Below are positions 49,822 to 58,543 of a stretch of DNA of 64,000 bases, one piece after another. Position 1 is the stretch's first letter. Each line of letters begins with the position of its first letter. The stretch is from a virus: IMG/VR virus record IMGVR_UViG_3300025133_000060, positions 1 through 64,000 of that record. One strand, 5' to 3'. Both the position numbers and the translations under genes were made by a program. The notes below the pieces were generated by a model, which was given only the letters and a program-made list of their open reading frames with translations, ran no database searches and was not told the DNA's origin.

Positions 49822-50174
49822 AGAACACCACCACCGTCTGGTGTTGGTGAACCAACCGCCGATACCACCGCTTGAGCGATTGCACCCAATAGTGTCAATG
49901 GCAGTTTTTGGAACTCTCCCCATTTGAGAGATGAGTCGCACTTCTTGAGCATCTCGAAAGTCATTCGCAATCCGAGATATTCTGTTTTGTCCTCTCCAGA
50001 CAATTTGAGAACTGCTGGGTCCGACTTGAGAACTTGATATTCGGCGGCTGAAATTGGTCGAGCGAGAAGGCTCGACACTTCTTTGCCATCCGCCCCAACG
50101 AGTCCAACCCCCGTCATGTCGACCTCGATGTCGGCGTTGGCTTTGTCCAGCGTGGAATCCAACCATTGAGCCAA
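49809..50174 (-). CDS. Tail assembly chaperone (gpG-equivalent)
   Basis: Between tube and tape measure; ends CTG GGG GAA TCG TAA. Confidence 0.8.
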   Translation of the reverse strand: MAQWLDSTLDKANADIEVDMTGVGLVGADGKEVSSLLARPISAAEYQVLKSDPAVLKLSGEDKTEYLGLRMTFEMLKKCDSSLKWGEFQKLPLTLLGAIAQAVVSAVGSPTPDGGGVLGES

Positions 50175-50187
50175 TTCTAATCACCCC

Positions 50188-50583
50188 TCAAGCGTCTCGG
50201 TTGAAGGTGAGTCCTTCAAACGATGCGTTCACCATCAAAGCACCTTCAGCACCAGCCTCAAGTCCTTCGATAGCAAGGTCGGTCAAAACACAACCAGATA
50301 CGGTGTATGTGTCAGTTCCGGTTTGTTCTGCATCGAACTCGATTGTGTATTCTGCGCTGGTGTTGAACCATGTCCACAATTCTTCATCGGAGATTCCCCA
50401 AGCCTTCTTGAGAGTTCCGCTGACGGTCTTGACACCACGAGTGTGTGCAACATTTGTGTTTGTTCCAAGTGTGATGTATTTGCCCGTTGCTTGAGCGAGC
50501 GAAAAGTCGCCACTCACAAAGCCAATGATGGTAGTGTTGGCGGTGATTTTACCTGTGCATCCGGTGTATGAGTGAACGGCCAT
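50188..50583 (-). CDS. Major tail tube protein
   Basis: 131 aa beta-rich protein (G.KTVSGTL.K.W); canonical position. Confidence 0.8.
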   Translation of the reverse strand: MAVHSYTGCTGKITANTTIIGFVSGDFSLAQATGKYITLGTNTNVAHTRGVKTVSGTLKKAWGISDEELWTWFNTSAEYTIEFDAEQTGTDTYTVSGCVLTDLAIEGLEAGAEGALMVNASFEGLTFNRDA

Positions 50584-50630
50584 GTTAATCCCTTGCTTCA
50601 AACGGTATTCTTTGGGGTTCTTAACGGTGT

Positions 50631-51020
50631 TTATTCTTCTTCGGTGTTGCCAACCCTGAATCCACCCATATCTAAGCGCATTCTCTCGACTTGAAGTTTA
50701 TCCAATCCTTCGACTGGTATTTGCTGGTGTGGGCTATGCTCAAATCGTTCGACCATACACTTCTTGCACCGATGTTCGCTATCTTTGCCATGTGAAGGTG
50801 CGCCCATTTTCAAAAGTTCCTTCTTGAATCGGTGTCGCTCATCCTTAACTGGCCAATCGACTTCGATTGCACATGGATTCCCATGCTTCTCACATCGAGT
50901 GTGAAAACGATGCCCACACTTGATTGGCTTCTTGAGTGGTCGAGGCTTCTTTGCCTTCGATGCCTTCGATGCCTTCTTCGGTCGAGGGATTCGTTTGCGT
51001 TGGGGATGCCGCTTGCTCAT
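50631..51020 (-). CDS. Basic Cys/His-rich protein
   Basis: K/R-rich N-terminus, C..H..C / H.CKKC. Confidence 0.6.
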   Translation of the reverse strand: MSKRHPQRKRIPRPKKASKASKAKKPRPLKKPIKCGHRFHTRCEKHGNPCAIEVDWPVKDERHRFKKELLKMGAPSHGKDSEHRCKKCMVERFEHSPHQQIPVEGLDKLQVERMRLDMGGFRVGNTEEE

Positions 51021-52351
51021 GATTGTTCACCATTCCGTTGCGTCATGAGAGTCATTGGATGGTCAGTTCCAGTTCGAGATTCAATCAAGTCGTGGAATTG
51101 TTTGGTGATGTTGTCCCAATCCAGATTATCGACAGCCCATTTGCGAGCCGCTTTGCCTCGCTTCTTGACTTCATTTGGCTTTGTATGGACTTCGACAAGT
51201 GCATCTGCGAGCAATTCACAATTGACCAATCCCATCTCGACTCCCCAACGGGGTCCGACAATCGACTCTGAACATGGAATCAACCATCCTCGTTCGTTAT
51301 CGGCTCCAATCAGTTCGGGTCCTGTGCTATTGTCAGGGAGAATGATTGGGATTCCACAAGACATCGCTTCGGCAGATGGGATTCCGAATCCCTCGCCGCC
51401 GGTCGCCAGCACATGAGCATCGGTGCATCCATACAAATTAGCCAAGTCCTCTCGACTAATTCCATGAAGTGGGTTGCTTGACCCATCGGAGAACATGACA
51501 TTATTCGACAATCCGTAATCTTTGATGAGGTCGGGTAATTTCCACCCACCCATGTTCATCGAATCAACAGGGTCGCCACAATGAATGACCAATCCCAGAG
51601 CATTTGGGTCATCCAATTTATCGAGCGCAATACGGAGAGCCTTGAGCAATCGAGGAATCTGCTTTCGATTTGTGTTGCGACCAACAGATGAGAACAATGT
51701 CTTGAATCCAAGACCCAATTTGTTCCGCATTATCTCTCGTTCTTGAGCAGGCATTGGCTTGAACACATCAATATCGACACCGTGATAAATCATCGGATTC
51801 TCATCAATCGGCGTATCGGTGTATCTGTCGAGGTCGGGGAACTTCAATTGTGGATGGCCATCGCCAACCGAATTGTGTTTGGCTATGAAATCCAACCACA
51901 CATTCTTGCCGAACTCACTCATCCACAGGTTGGTGTGTGTGTGGCCGAGAATGCGACTCCATTGGTGTGAGATTGGAACACCATCAATTGGAGTGTATGC
52001 GATGTGTGGAATCCCAATACCATTACTGGATAAAACCATGTGGCCGGTGAACCAACAATCAATCAACGAGACGAACACATCAGGCTTAATGGTTTGGAGA
52101 TGATAATCCAAGACTGTGGGGGAATTACCTTCTCCGCCGCTTTGGAGTTTTTCACCACCGAAGCCACCAAGACCTGCGTGAACGAGAGTCCACCCCTCTT
52201 CATGAGTCATACTTTCGCCGTTGTAATCCCACCCCATGACATACACTTCATGGCCATAATCCTTGATGAGTCGCTTGATAATTTCACGACTCACTACTGC
52301 ATAACCTGTTGGTCGAATGGGTTGCTCTGAACCCCATAGAATCTTCGCCAT
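51017..52351 (-). CDS. GT4 (GT-B fold) glycosyltransferase
   Basis: TGYA, HGVD..VF.P, VGRN..RK, EGFGIP..EAMSCG.P. Confidence 0.92.
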   Translation of the reverse strand: MAKILWGSEQPIRPTGYAVVSREIIKRLIKDYGHEVYVMGWDYNGESMTHEEGWTLVHAGLGGFGGEKLQSGGEGNSPTVLDYHLQTIKPDVFVSLIDCWFTGHMVLSSNGIGIPHIAYTPIDGVPISHQWSRILGHTHTNLWMSEFGKNVWLDFIAKHNSVGDGHPQLKFPDLDRYTDTPIDENPMIYHGVDIDVFKPMPAQEREIMRNKLGLGFKTLFSSVGRNTNRKQIPRLLKALRIALDKLDDPNALGLVIHCGDPVDSMNMGGWKLPDLIKDYGLSNNVMFSDGSSNPLHGISREDLANLYGCTDAHVLATGGEGFGIPSAEAMSCGIPIILPDNSTGPELIGADNERGWLIPCSESIVGPRWGVEMGLVNCELLADALVEVHTKPNEVKKRGKAARKWAVDNLDWDNITKQFHDLIESRTGTDHPMTLMTQRNGEQS

Positions 52352-52391
52352 GAGGATGCGAACCTTTTGCCCTGCTTCAAGGCTTCGGTGA

Positions 52392-52434
52392 AAACAAAGT
52401 GTCAACGACCAAAGAGCGAACATTGGCCGATGAC
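52392..52434 (-). ncRNA. Candidate ~43-nt hairpin small RNA
   Basis: Class II promoter (52451-52465) with no start codon at +30; hairpin begins at the predicted TSS and is followed by U-rich sequence. Confidence 0.35.
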
Positions 52435-52607
52435 GATTTGTCGACCACGACCCCACCTATTTGAATACCCCGAATCACAATATGGTGGGGGTTTGTATGT
52501 TTTCAATCGCAATTATTCCATTCGATAACTGTCATATCGAGGAAAATAAGGGAACAAAACCATTGAGATTCCGAAGCCTTTATAGGGGGAAACCCACAGG
52601 CATAGAT

Positions 52608-52961
52608 ATGAGCCGACAAAGCCCGAACCAATACGCCGACACAGACGCAACATGGAACACCAATGTTGTCTTGCCCGAAGAAGTAATTGAAGCCTATATG
52701 GATATGCAAGCACGAGTGTTCGCAAAGCACGAAGGACACCCATCATTCAACCATGCTATGTATTCCCAGACTCCACAAGACTTTCAAGAAGCATATTCCG
52801 CTGGATATGAACAAGCAGACCGTTGCCAAGAAGTATTCGGAACAATGTCAGTCAACAACCGCAACCGCACCGGAATCCGCAACACAACAGGAATCCGCTA
52901 TGCAACCGGCGTTGCCGCAAAAGCATTCCAAGCAGGATTCAATGCTCGCACAATGGAGTGA
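52608..52961 (+). CDS. Hypothetical protein (class I cassette, inverted)
   Basis: ATG 29 nt after the class I TATA; two AY.AGY/AF.AGF helices. Confidence 0.7.
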   Translation: MSRQSPNQYADTDATWNTNVVLPEEVIEAYMDMQARVFAKHEGHPSFNHAMYSQTPQDFQEAYSAGYEQADRCQEVFGTMSVNNRNRTGIRNTTGIRYATGVAAKAFQAGFNARTME

Positions 52962-52966
52962 TTCAA

Positions 52967-53158
52967 ATGACTGAAATGACAATCTCCCAAGCATGGACCC
53001 AAGCATCTGAACAATCAGGACTCTCACAGGTTTCACCGGAGATGGGAGTCGGACTCACCATTCTTCTCGGAATCGCAGAAGTCCTTTGGTGGTTCGGCGT
53101 TGCATGGGTCTCTCGCAAGGGCTACAAATTATTCCGCCAGAAGCCTCAAGTGAACTGA
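52967..53158 (+). CDS. Small single-pass membrane protein
   Basis: GVGLTILLGIAEVLWWFGVAWV followed by a basic tail. Confidence 0.6.
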   Translation: MTEMTISQAWTQASEQSGLSQVSPEMGVGLTILLGIAEVLWWFGVAWVSRKGYKLFRQKPQVN

Positions 53159-53159
53159 A

Positions 53160-54305
53160 TCAAACCTTGCGAGCAAAGGTCGGTCGCAAGACTCTCACTT
53201 CTCGTGCGTCTAAGACCCCTTGAAAGGTGTTCGTGCCGATAGTGGGGTTCGACTCCATGTTCGGTTCTGCAAGCGTTCCAGATGCCGTCAATTGAGGTGT
53301 TTGGAGAGGATAGTCCACCGCACCAACAATACTGCTGGAATCGGTCTTGACTCCCCATCCAGTATAGGGATAGGGCAATAACGCCGGAGAAGCCGCCTCA
53401 AGGCTCACTCCCGACCCAAGTGCGGTTAAACCCCCAACGGTGTCTCCACGACCCCACAGATAGGCCAGTTCGGACAATCTGGTGTATGTGTTGCTTATAC
53501 TGGCGGGTCTTGACGCAGAGTTCAGGATGGGGCAGGTTGACAAATTGCCAGACCATTCGAGAGTGGCATCCGTGAATGCTGGCATATTGCCGGATGATTT
53601 GGCCGGAGCGAGGAACTTTTGTGTTCCTGTGTCTGTTCCATCCCAATAAGCGGTTGTAGCGGCTCTCGCTGGATTGATGGGCGCAACAACATTTTGCGAC
53701 ATCGAGAATGCCGCACCGTTGTTGTATATGGTGGCCGCTTCGGGTGCTGTGGGCATCCAAGTATTGGCGACCCAAATGTCGCTCATCAATCCCTCAAAGA
53801 AGTCGCCATCACATTCCCCCAATCGCCATTCGGTGATGGTCGACAAATCTGGAGCAGAACTCACTTGATAAGTCCAAACGACACCGTTGACCCAGATGTC
53901 GAAGTATTGGTCATATTGCGACCACATGATATGATTCCATGTGTTCGGGGTTATCGTTTGGCCGGAGTAGCCAGTCGATGTGCCATGTTGAACGAAGATT
54001 TGATTTGTTCCTGATTTGATTTTCAATCCGATTGCGTTGTTTGTTCCATCGAAGAATGACATCAATCCATCTGTGGTGTTGACTGTTGGTTTGAACCATC
54101 CACCGATGGTGAACTTGTAGCCTGTCGGTGTCAATGGGAATGTGGATGGGTTGACGGCCACCGCCAGTTTGTAATAATCCGAGCCTGTGATTGCTTTTGT
54201 TTTCCATTCTAACGCCGCCGGATTGAACCACGACCGAACCTGTTGCTCCCAATCTGGTGCGGTTCTCGAAAACCGAGTCAAAGCGGATGCGCCTGAAATG
54301 CTCAT
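53160..54305 (-). CDS. LamG/concanavalin A-like lectin-fold protein (virion adhesin or decoration)
   Basis: FTIGGWFK...WNHI......IWVNG...F.GLMSDI. Confidence 0.82.
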   Translation of the reverse strand: MSISGASALTRFSRTAPDWEQQVRSWFNPAALEWKTKAITGSDYYKLAVAVNPSTFPLTPTGYKFTIGGWFKPTVNTTDGLMSFFDGTNNAIGLKIKSGTNQIFVQHGTSTGYSGQTITPNTWNHIMWSQYDQYFDIWVNGVVWTYQVSSAPDLSTITEWRLGECDGDFFEGLMSDIWVANTWMPTAPEAATIYNNGAAFSMSQNVVAPINPARAATTAYWDGTDTGTQKFLAPAKSSGNMPAFTDATLEWSGNLSTCPILNSASRPASISNTYTRLSELAYLWGRGDTVGGLTALGSGVSLEAASPALLPYPYTGWGVKTDSSSIVGAVDYPLQTPQLTASGTLAEPNMESNPTIGTNTFQGVLDAREVRVLRPTFARKV

Positions 54306-55036
54306 GATTCACCCTTGCCGTTCCGGTTTAACTTTGTATCGAACTCAATATCCGCATCATGGATTTCACCCTCCATCTGCAAATGGTCAGTTCTCGCTCG
54401 CTTCAACAATCTCCGCAATCTCGCCGCCTCCGCCGCATCCAATGTTCCACCGTTCTCCACTTTGTATAGCAAGGAGTCGATGTCATTATCCATCTGTCGA
54501 GGTGGACCCGAACGCTTTGAAGTGTCGCCTTCGAGTTCTTTTTTCGCCGCCCGTTGTCGTTGTTTTCGCCTTTTTCGTCTGCGCTTCTTTTGTCGGGTCA
54601 AGGAGTCGTTGCCAAAAGTCGAACTCGCCGCACCAGCCTCACCAGCCTCAATCCAGATGGACTTCTCACCAGATTCAACGGCTCTGCGATGGTCGGTGTA
54701 ATGGTCTCGCCGGTGGCAATTGGAACAAATGACATCACACTTCTCAATCTCGGTGAGTATTCGCTTCTTGGCTAATCCAGCGGCGACCATTCCAGAGATG
54801 AGGTAATCCTTCTCTTCTGGGTTGCGATGATGGAACTCCAACGCCCATGCGTTATCCTCTCCAGATAGCCCACACACCGCACAAGAGAGAGTCTCTTTGA
54901 GTTTTCGCATCCACTCTCGGATTCCCCTCTTTCGACTCCGAACCTGCTCAATTCGAGAGCCACGATTTTGTTGATACCATTTGCGATGATACTCCCGTTG
55001 ATACGCCGCCCGTTTCTCTCGGTCTTTGTGTGGCAT
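54302..55036 (-). CDS. HNH endonuclease
   Basis: CAVCG...LEFHH...EIEKCDVICSNCHRRDH; Arg-rich N- and C-terminal helices. Confidence 0.85.
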   Translation of the reverse strand: MPHKDREKRAAYQREYHRKWYQQNRGSRIEQVRSRKRGIREWMRKLKETLSCAVCGLSGEDNAWALEFHHRNPEEKDYLISGMVAAGLAKKRILTEIEKCDVICSNCHRRDHYTDHRRAVESGEKSIWIEAGEAGAASSTFGNDSLTRQKKRRRKRRKQRQRAAKKELEGDTSKRSGPPRQMDNDIDSLLYKVENGGTLDAAEAARLRRLLKRARTDHLQMEGEIHDADIEFDTKLNRNGKGES

Positions 55037-55074
55037 GAATCGCCATCATACTGTGAGGGTTAAGAAAGAATGGG

Positions 55075-55153
55075 TGGTGGGAGAATGACGGATTATGGAA
55101 TGCGGCGACTGGCCGTCATCCCCCCGATGTTCGGTGGAGGCTCCAGCCGCATC
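55075..55153 (-). ncRNA. Candidate ~79-nt pseudoknotted RNA ending in ACCA
   Basis: Class III promoter at 55174-55179; 13-bp stem with G-U pairs plus a 7-bp pseudoknot helix. Confidence 0.4.
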
Positions 55154-55229
55154 TCAATGTCAGTCTTTGGGGTTTATCACTATTTCACACACCGATACGC
55201 CTTTTAACCCCAAAGGAGTCAGCACAACC

Positions 55230-55631
55230 ATGACTGAACTCGCTGGTCTATCGAAAAAAGAATTGGTCGCTCTGGCCGAAGAACATGAATTGTCCATCAA
55301 GGGGTCAAAGGCAGATTTGATTGGTCGCATCGAACGACACATCGCTTTGCCGGTCGAAGAAGTGGTCGAAGAAGTCGATGAAATTAGATTCACACCGGAA
55401 CCAAAGAAGGCGAAGAAGCCGAAGAAGTCGAAGAAGGCGTCTGGGCTCCCACCTGTTGATGATGACATGGATGCCGAAGAGTTCGTCAAGGCGGCGTATC
55501 TATCCATCCTCAAGCGTGAAGCCGATGTAGGTGGACTACAACACTATTCAACCGCTATCATGATGAAGTCGATGGATAAGCAATCCGTTCTCGATGACCT
55601 GTCGGCATCTGCCGAAGCCCAATCACTTTGA
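55230..55631 (+). CDS. SAP/HeH domain + DUF4214-like domain protein
   Basis: LSKKELVALAEEHELSIKGSKADLIGRI; FVKAAYLSILKREADVGGLQHY. Confidence 0.7.
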   Translation: MTELAGLSKKELVALAEEHELSIKGSKADLIGRIERHIALPVEEVVEEVDEIRFTPEPKKAKKPKKSKKASGLPPVDDDMDAEEFVKAAYLSILKREADVGGLQHYSTAIMMKSMDKQSVLDDLSASAEAQSL

Positions 55632-55877
55632 TTCAGATTCAGTTTTGGACATCGCAATATCAACCATGATATTGATTCGCCCTGCAACATCAGCGGTATT
55701 CCAAAGTGATATGAACTTGGCCAAGTAATCGCCGGTGGCGTGGTCAAAGAGCCAACGAATCAATCCGTGAGTAGTATAGAGCGAAGCCGATACTCCAACC
55801 TCTTCGATGCAAACCACATCGTCAGGAATCCCGCCCAGAACTTTGTCCAGAGCGGCGACAATCTGTTTGTCGCTCAT
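55623..55877 (-). CDS. Hypothetical protein
   Basis: Second gene of a class I cassette. Confidence 0.5.
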   Translation of the reverse strand: MSDKQIVAALDKVLGGIPDDVVCIEEVGVSASLYTTHGLIRWLFDHATGDYLAKFISLWNTADVAGRINIMVDIAMSKTESESK

Positions 55878-55882
55878 CTCAT

Positions 55883-56125
55883 TCACTCCGCACATCGACT
55901 TCTTAGAGGGTTGTCGAGGCGAGGTAAGTGTGGCAGACTCAACGCTTCTTCTGCGGTCGTTGGGCATCCCAAAGCATACCAACACTTCTGCATTGATATA
56001 TTGTCATTCATCGACCATTGGCCATCATACACATAGGTGAAATGTTTCAGATATTGGTCGAGGGTCATACCCAAAAAGTCGTTTGCTCTTTTGGTCAGGC
56101 GGCGGATTGCGGTTTCGGTTCGCAT
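55883..56125 (-). CDS. Hypothetical protein (class I cassette)
   Basis: ATG 30 nt after the class I TATA. Confidence 0.6.
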   Translation of the reverse strand: MRTETAIRRLTKRANDFLGMTLDQYLKHFTYVYDGQWSMNDNISMQKCWYALGCPTTAEEALSLPHLPRLDNPLRSRCAE

Positions 56126-56175
56126 ATTACAACCGAGTCGGTAGCAATATATCAATGCTTCGGAATATCAATCTC

Positions 56176-56685
56176 TCATTCGCCCCATCTCAATTGAACT
56201 GTGTAGTCGGAGCGATAGCCAACACAATTGTCGCCCTTGCCACCGGCGGGTCCACAATCGGGTTCTTCAAATCGAACTGGCTTGGATTCATCCGAACGAG
56301 TGATTCGACAGTATTGATACGCATTGTTCCCAGATGGCTCCAAACCCGCTGACGGCTCTGTGAGAGTCCCGTTGTTCATCACGAGCAGGAACTTGGCCAT
56401 CATACCCCACAGTAGCGAGCGAGATGGAGCAAATAGTGTGATGCGCCCGAACCAGATTGATGTGCGAGCGACAGTAGTCGAACTTGTGTCGAGATTCGCT
56501 TCTTCGGTTAAACCGATTAAAGGTTGGATGCAAATCTGATATGTCTTTTGTTTTTTGTAAAGCAACCAGTTTGGATTCACGCTCGGAGTCCAAGTTCCAT
56601 CAGGAGAATCCATATTGGCTTCGATAAGGTTCTTGAGAGTAGTGTATGGGTCGATTGAAGGTAATCCTGTGTCGACAATGGCCAT
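56176..56685 (-). CDS. Tail terminator-like protein
   Basis: Position after the adaptor; TGATG coupling; beta-rich C-terminus GYRSDYTVQL. Confidence 0.6.
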   Translation of the reverse strand: MAIVDTGLPSIDPYTTLKNLIEANMDSPDGTWTPSVNPNWLLYKKQKTYQICIQPLIGLTEEANLDTSSTTVARTSIWFGRITLFAPSRSLLWGMMAKFLLVMNNGTLTEPSAGLEPSGNNAYQYCRITRSDESKPVRFEEPDCGPAGGKGDNCVGYRSDYTVQLRWGE

Positions 56686-57341
56686 CAATTCGACCCCCGA
56701 TACCAGAATGATGAAGGCATTTTGTATTGACCCCATGTTGCGACACCGACTTTGGTATGGCTCTTTACCTTCTCAAGCAATTCTTTGTATTCTCGTTCTG
56801 TATCTCGGATGAGTTCTTTCCAGAACTCCTTGACTCGCTCCATGCAATTCTCATCATTCATGGCGGCACGAGCCGCTGACCTGACCACATGGAGAATTGT
56901 AGCCATTTTGACATCGGCTGGCGGCGTTGTCGCCCCCGCATCATAGATGACTTTGAGTCGACAAGCAAATGACTCGGTGAATGCGTAGTGGAATCTGACC
57001 AAGCCGGATTCAGCATCGGCCAGATAGTAATCATCATTATTGGGGATTCGACCTTCGTCGAGAAGAGTTTCAGCACCAGATGGGGAGAGGGAGTGGATTG
57101 ATGTGATACTCACTACCGGTCGTTCGCCACAAGTCAGGCTCGCCAGTCCAAATGCGGTGTCAAAGTATTCGGTATGAGTTTCAACACCGGCGAATTGATG
57201 TCCGGCATAAGCATCCATCAGTCGAGATGCGTTGCTTATCATCGTGCCAATCTGAACATCGGTGGGTCCGATGCCTTCGGAGAAGTCAACCCCAGAGTAT
57301 GCTTCGACTTCGGCGAGTGTGCAGTAGTCGGTTGCGGCCAT
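56685..57341 (-). CDS. Head-tail adaptor (gp6/gp15-like)
   Basis: YCTLAEV, I..AS..MD.Y, PV.SI.SI, KV.YDAG...PADVKMA. Confidence 0.85.
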   Translation of the reverse strand: MAATDYCTLAEVEAYSGVDFSEGIGPTDVQIGTMISNASRLMDAYAGHQFAGVETHTEYFDTAFGLASLTCGERPVVSITSIHSLSPSGAETLLDEGRIPNNDDYYLADAESGLVRFHYAFTESFACRLKVIYDAGATTPPADVKMATILHVVRSAARAAMNDENCMERVKEFWKELIRDTEREYKELLEKVKSHTKVGVATWGQYKMPSSFWYRGSN

Positions 57342-57361
57342 GCTTCATCCTTATCCGATAC

Positions 57362-57371
57362 GGTTTATCAC
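57362..57371 (-). promoter_or_regulatory. Class III promoter (GTGATAA(A)CC / TCTTAACCC) of structural-region genes
   Basis: Copies at 41687, 55065, 55179, 60133, 39475 (-) and 2659, 55202 (+); start 28-30 nt downstream except at 55179. Confidence 0.65.
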
Positions 57372-57372
57372 G

Positions 57373-57427
57373 GAGTCGCCCCTCGAAAGGTTTGGCTCAC
57401 GCTATTCCCTATCAGTCAAGGCGACTC
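57373..57427 (-). terminator. Stem-loop in the 3' UTR of the major capsid gene
   Basis: GAGTCGCC / GGCGACTC inverted repeat just after the MCP stop. Confidence 0.45.
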
Positions 57428-57436
57428 AAGTCAGTC

Positions 57437-58501
57437 TCAAACGGTTGCGATGCCAGTTAGCAGACATACTGCTTCGGCATAGCGCACATTGAAGGCGATG
57501 TCTTGGCGAGGGATGAGAACGAATCTATCCTTTGTTGGCTCGTCAAGGAATCCCATGTTGAAGCGGCGGTCTGCGTCAGTAGGGTTGCCAATGAGTGGAC
57601 TACGGTTGTTCACCAGAAGTGCGACAGTCTTGGTTGTGGTTGTGCCGTCATAGACTCCTGTCCAATCGAGATTGGTTGGGATGACTCCGGTTGCGAATAC
57701 TCTGATTCCATAGATGCGGCCGAGTTCGCCGGAGAGGATTGTTGCCCCTGCGCCATACTTGTCGACTGTCTGGAGTTCGGTGAATCCAAGCAATTGAACT
57801 TCAAGGTTGCGAGGAACAATCAAAGAGAGTTCATCACGGTTGTCTGCATAGACTCCAAGATTGTTGATTGCCGAGCGAAGGTGGCTCAAAGCGAATGTTC
57901 CGCTAACTGATACTGCGGTTGCGCCAGCCAGTTTGCGAAGTCCGTTGAGTTCGAGCAAGTAATCGTTCTGCTCTGACCCTGCGGTGGCATTGATTCCGGT
58001 TGCGTTGGTCGAACTGTTATAGACACCGTTGATGTTGCTCGCAAGAGTGGTTTGAGTGTCGCCGTTAATGAGTAGCGACTCTTCGTTGTATGCAAGACGG
58101 GATGCGATGTCATCTCGAAGAACTGAAAGTAATCCTTCGACACCATATGCTATCAAGTAATTGCCGATTGGAATGTTCGCAATCATTGTGGTGAGTGTTA
58201 GTTCAACCTCTGTGGTTGCCTGTCGGGATTCGTCAGATGCAGTTCCGGCTTCGGTCTGGCCAAGTGTTTGGCGGTGAAAGTTCACAGAGCCGTTCAATTT
58301 TGGAACTTTGACGGTTCGGGTTGACATCGGCATAGATGGGAACAGACTACGCATGAAGTTTCGCTCATACACTATCTGGATAATCTCGTCTGCGGTTTCA
58401 GTCGGGAACATTGTTGCTCCGGTTGTAGTGCCAGCACCAGCCAGCGCTGCTTTCACTCTTTCGACCATATCGGTAAATTGAATCTCGTTTTCATCAGTCA
58501 T
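57437..58501 (-). CDS. Major capsid protein (HK97 fold)
   Basis: P.E.ADEII, VKVPKL, IA.RLA..EE..LINGD, GRIYGIRV; follows the protease. Confidence 0.93.
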   Translation of the reverse strand: MTDENEIQFTDMVERVKAALAGAGTTTGATMFPTETADEIIQIVYERNFMRSLFPSMPMSTRTVKVPKLNGSVNFHRQTLGQTEAGTASDESRQATTEVELTLTTMIANIPIGNYLIAYGVEGLLSVLRDDIASRLAYNEESLLINGDTQTTLASNINGVYNSSTNATGINATAGSEQNDYLLELNGLRKLAGATAVSVSGTFALSHLRSAINNLGVYADNRDELSLIVPRNLEVQLLGFTELQTVDKYGAGATILSGELGRIYGIRVFATGVIPTNLDWTGVYDGTTTTKTVALLVNNRSPLIGNPTDADRRFNMGFLDEPTKDRFVLIPRQDIAFNVRYAEAVCLLTGIATV

Positions 58502-58543
58502 ATTCTTTCACTATCCCTGTTTGTTGTCCTGTGGACTCTGATT

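Noticed and set aside
53244-53256. GGTTCGACTCC T-loop-like sequence
   Set aside because: Inside the LamG gene with no surrounding cloverleaf; no tRNA genes found by eye
32490-54305. Diversity-generating retroelement acting on tail adhesins
   Set aside because: No reverse transcriptase and no TR/VR pair noticed in the window
54302-55036. IscB/Cas9-like or TIGR-Tas RNA-guided nuclease
   Set aside because: No RuvC, PLMP or Nop domain and no guide array; only the adjacent small RNA is kept as a weak lead
55075-55153. tRNA or HDV-like ribozyme
   Set aside because: No cloverleaf, T-loop or anticodon arm; lacks HDV P3/L3, P1.1 and P4
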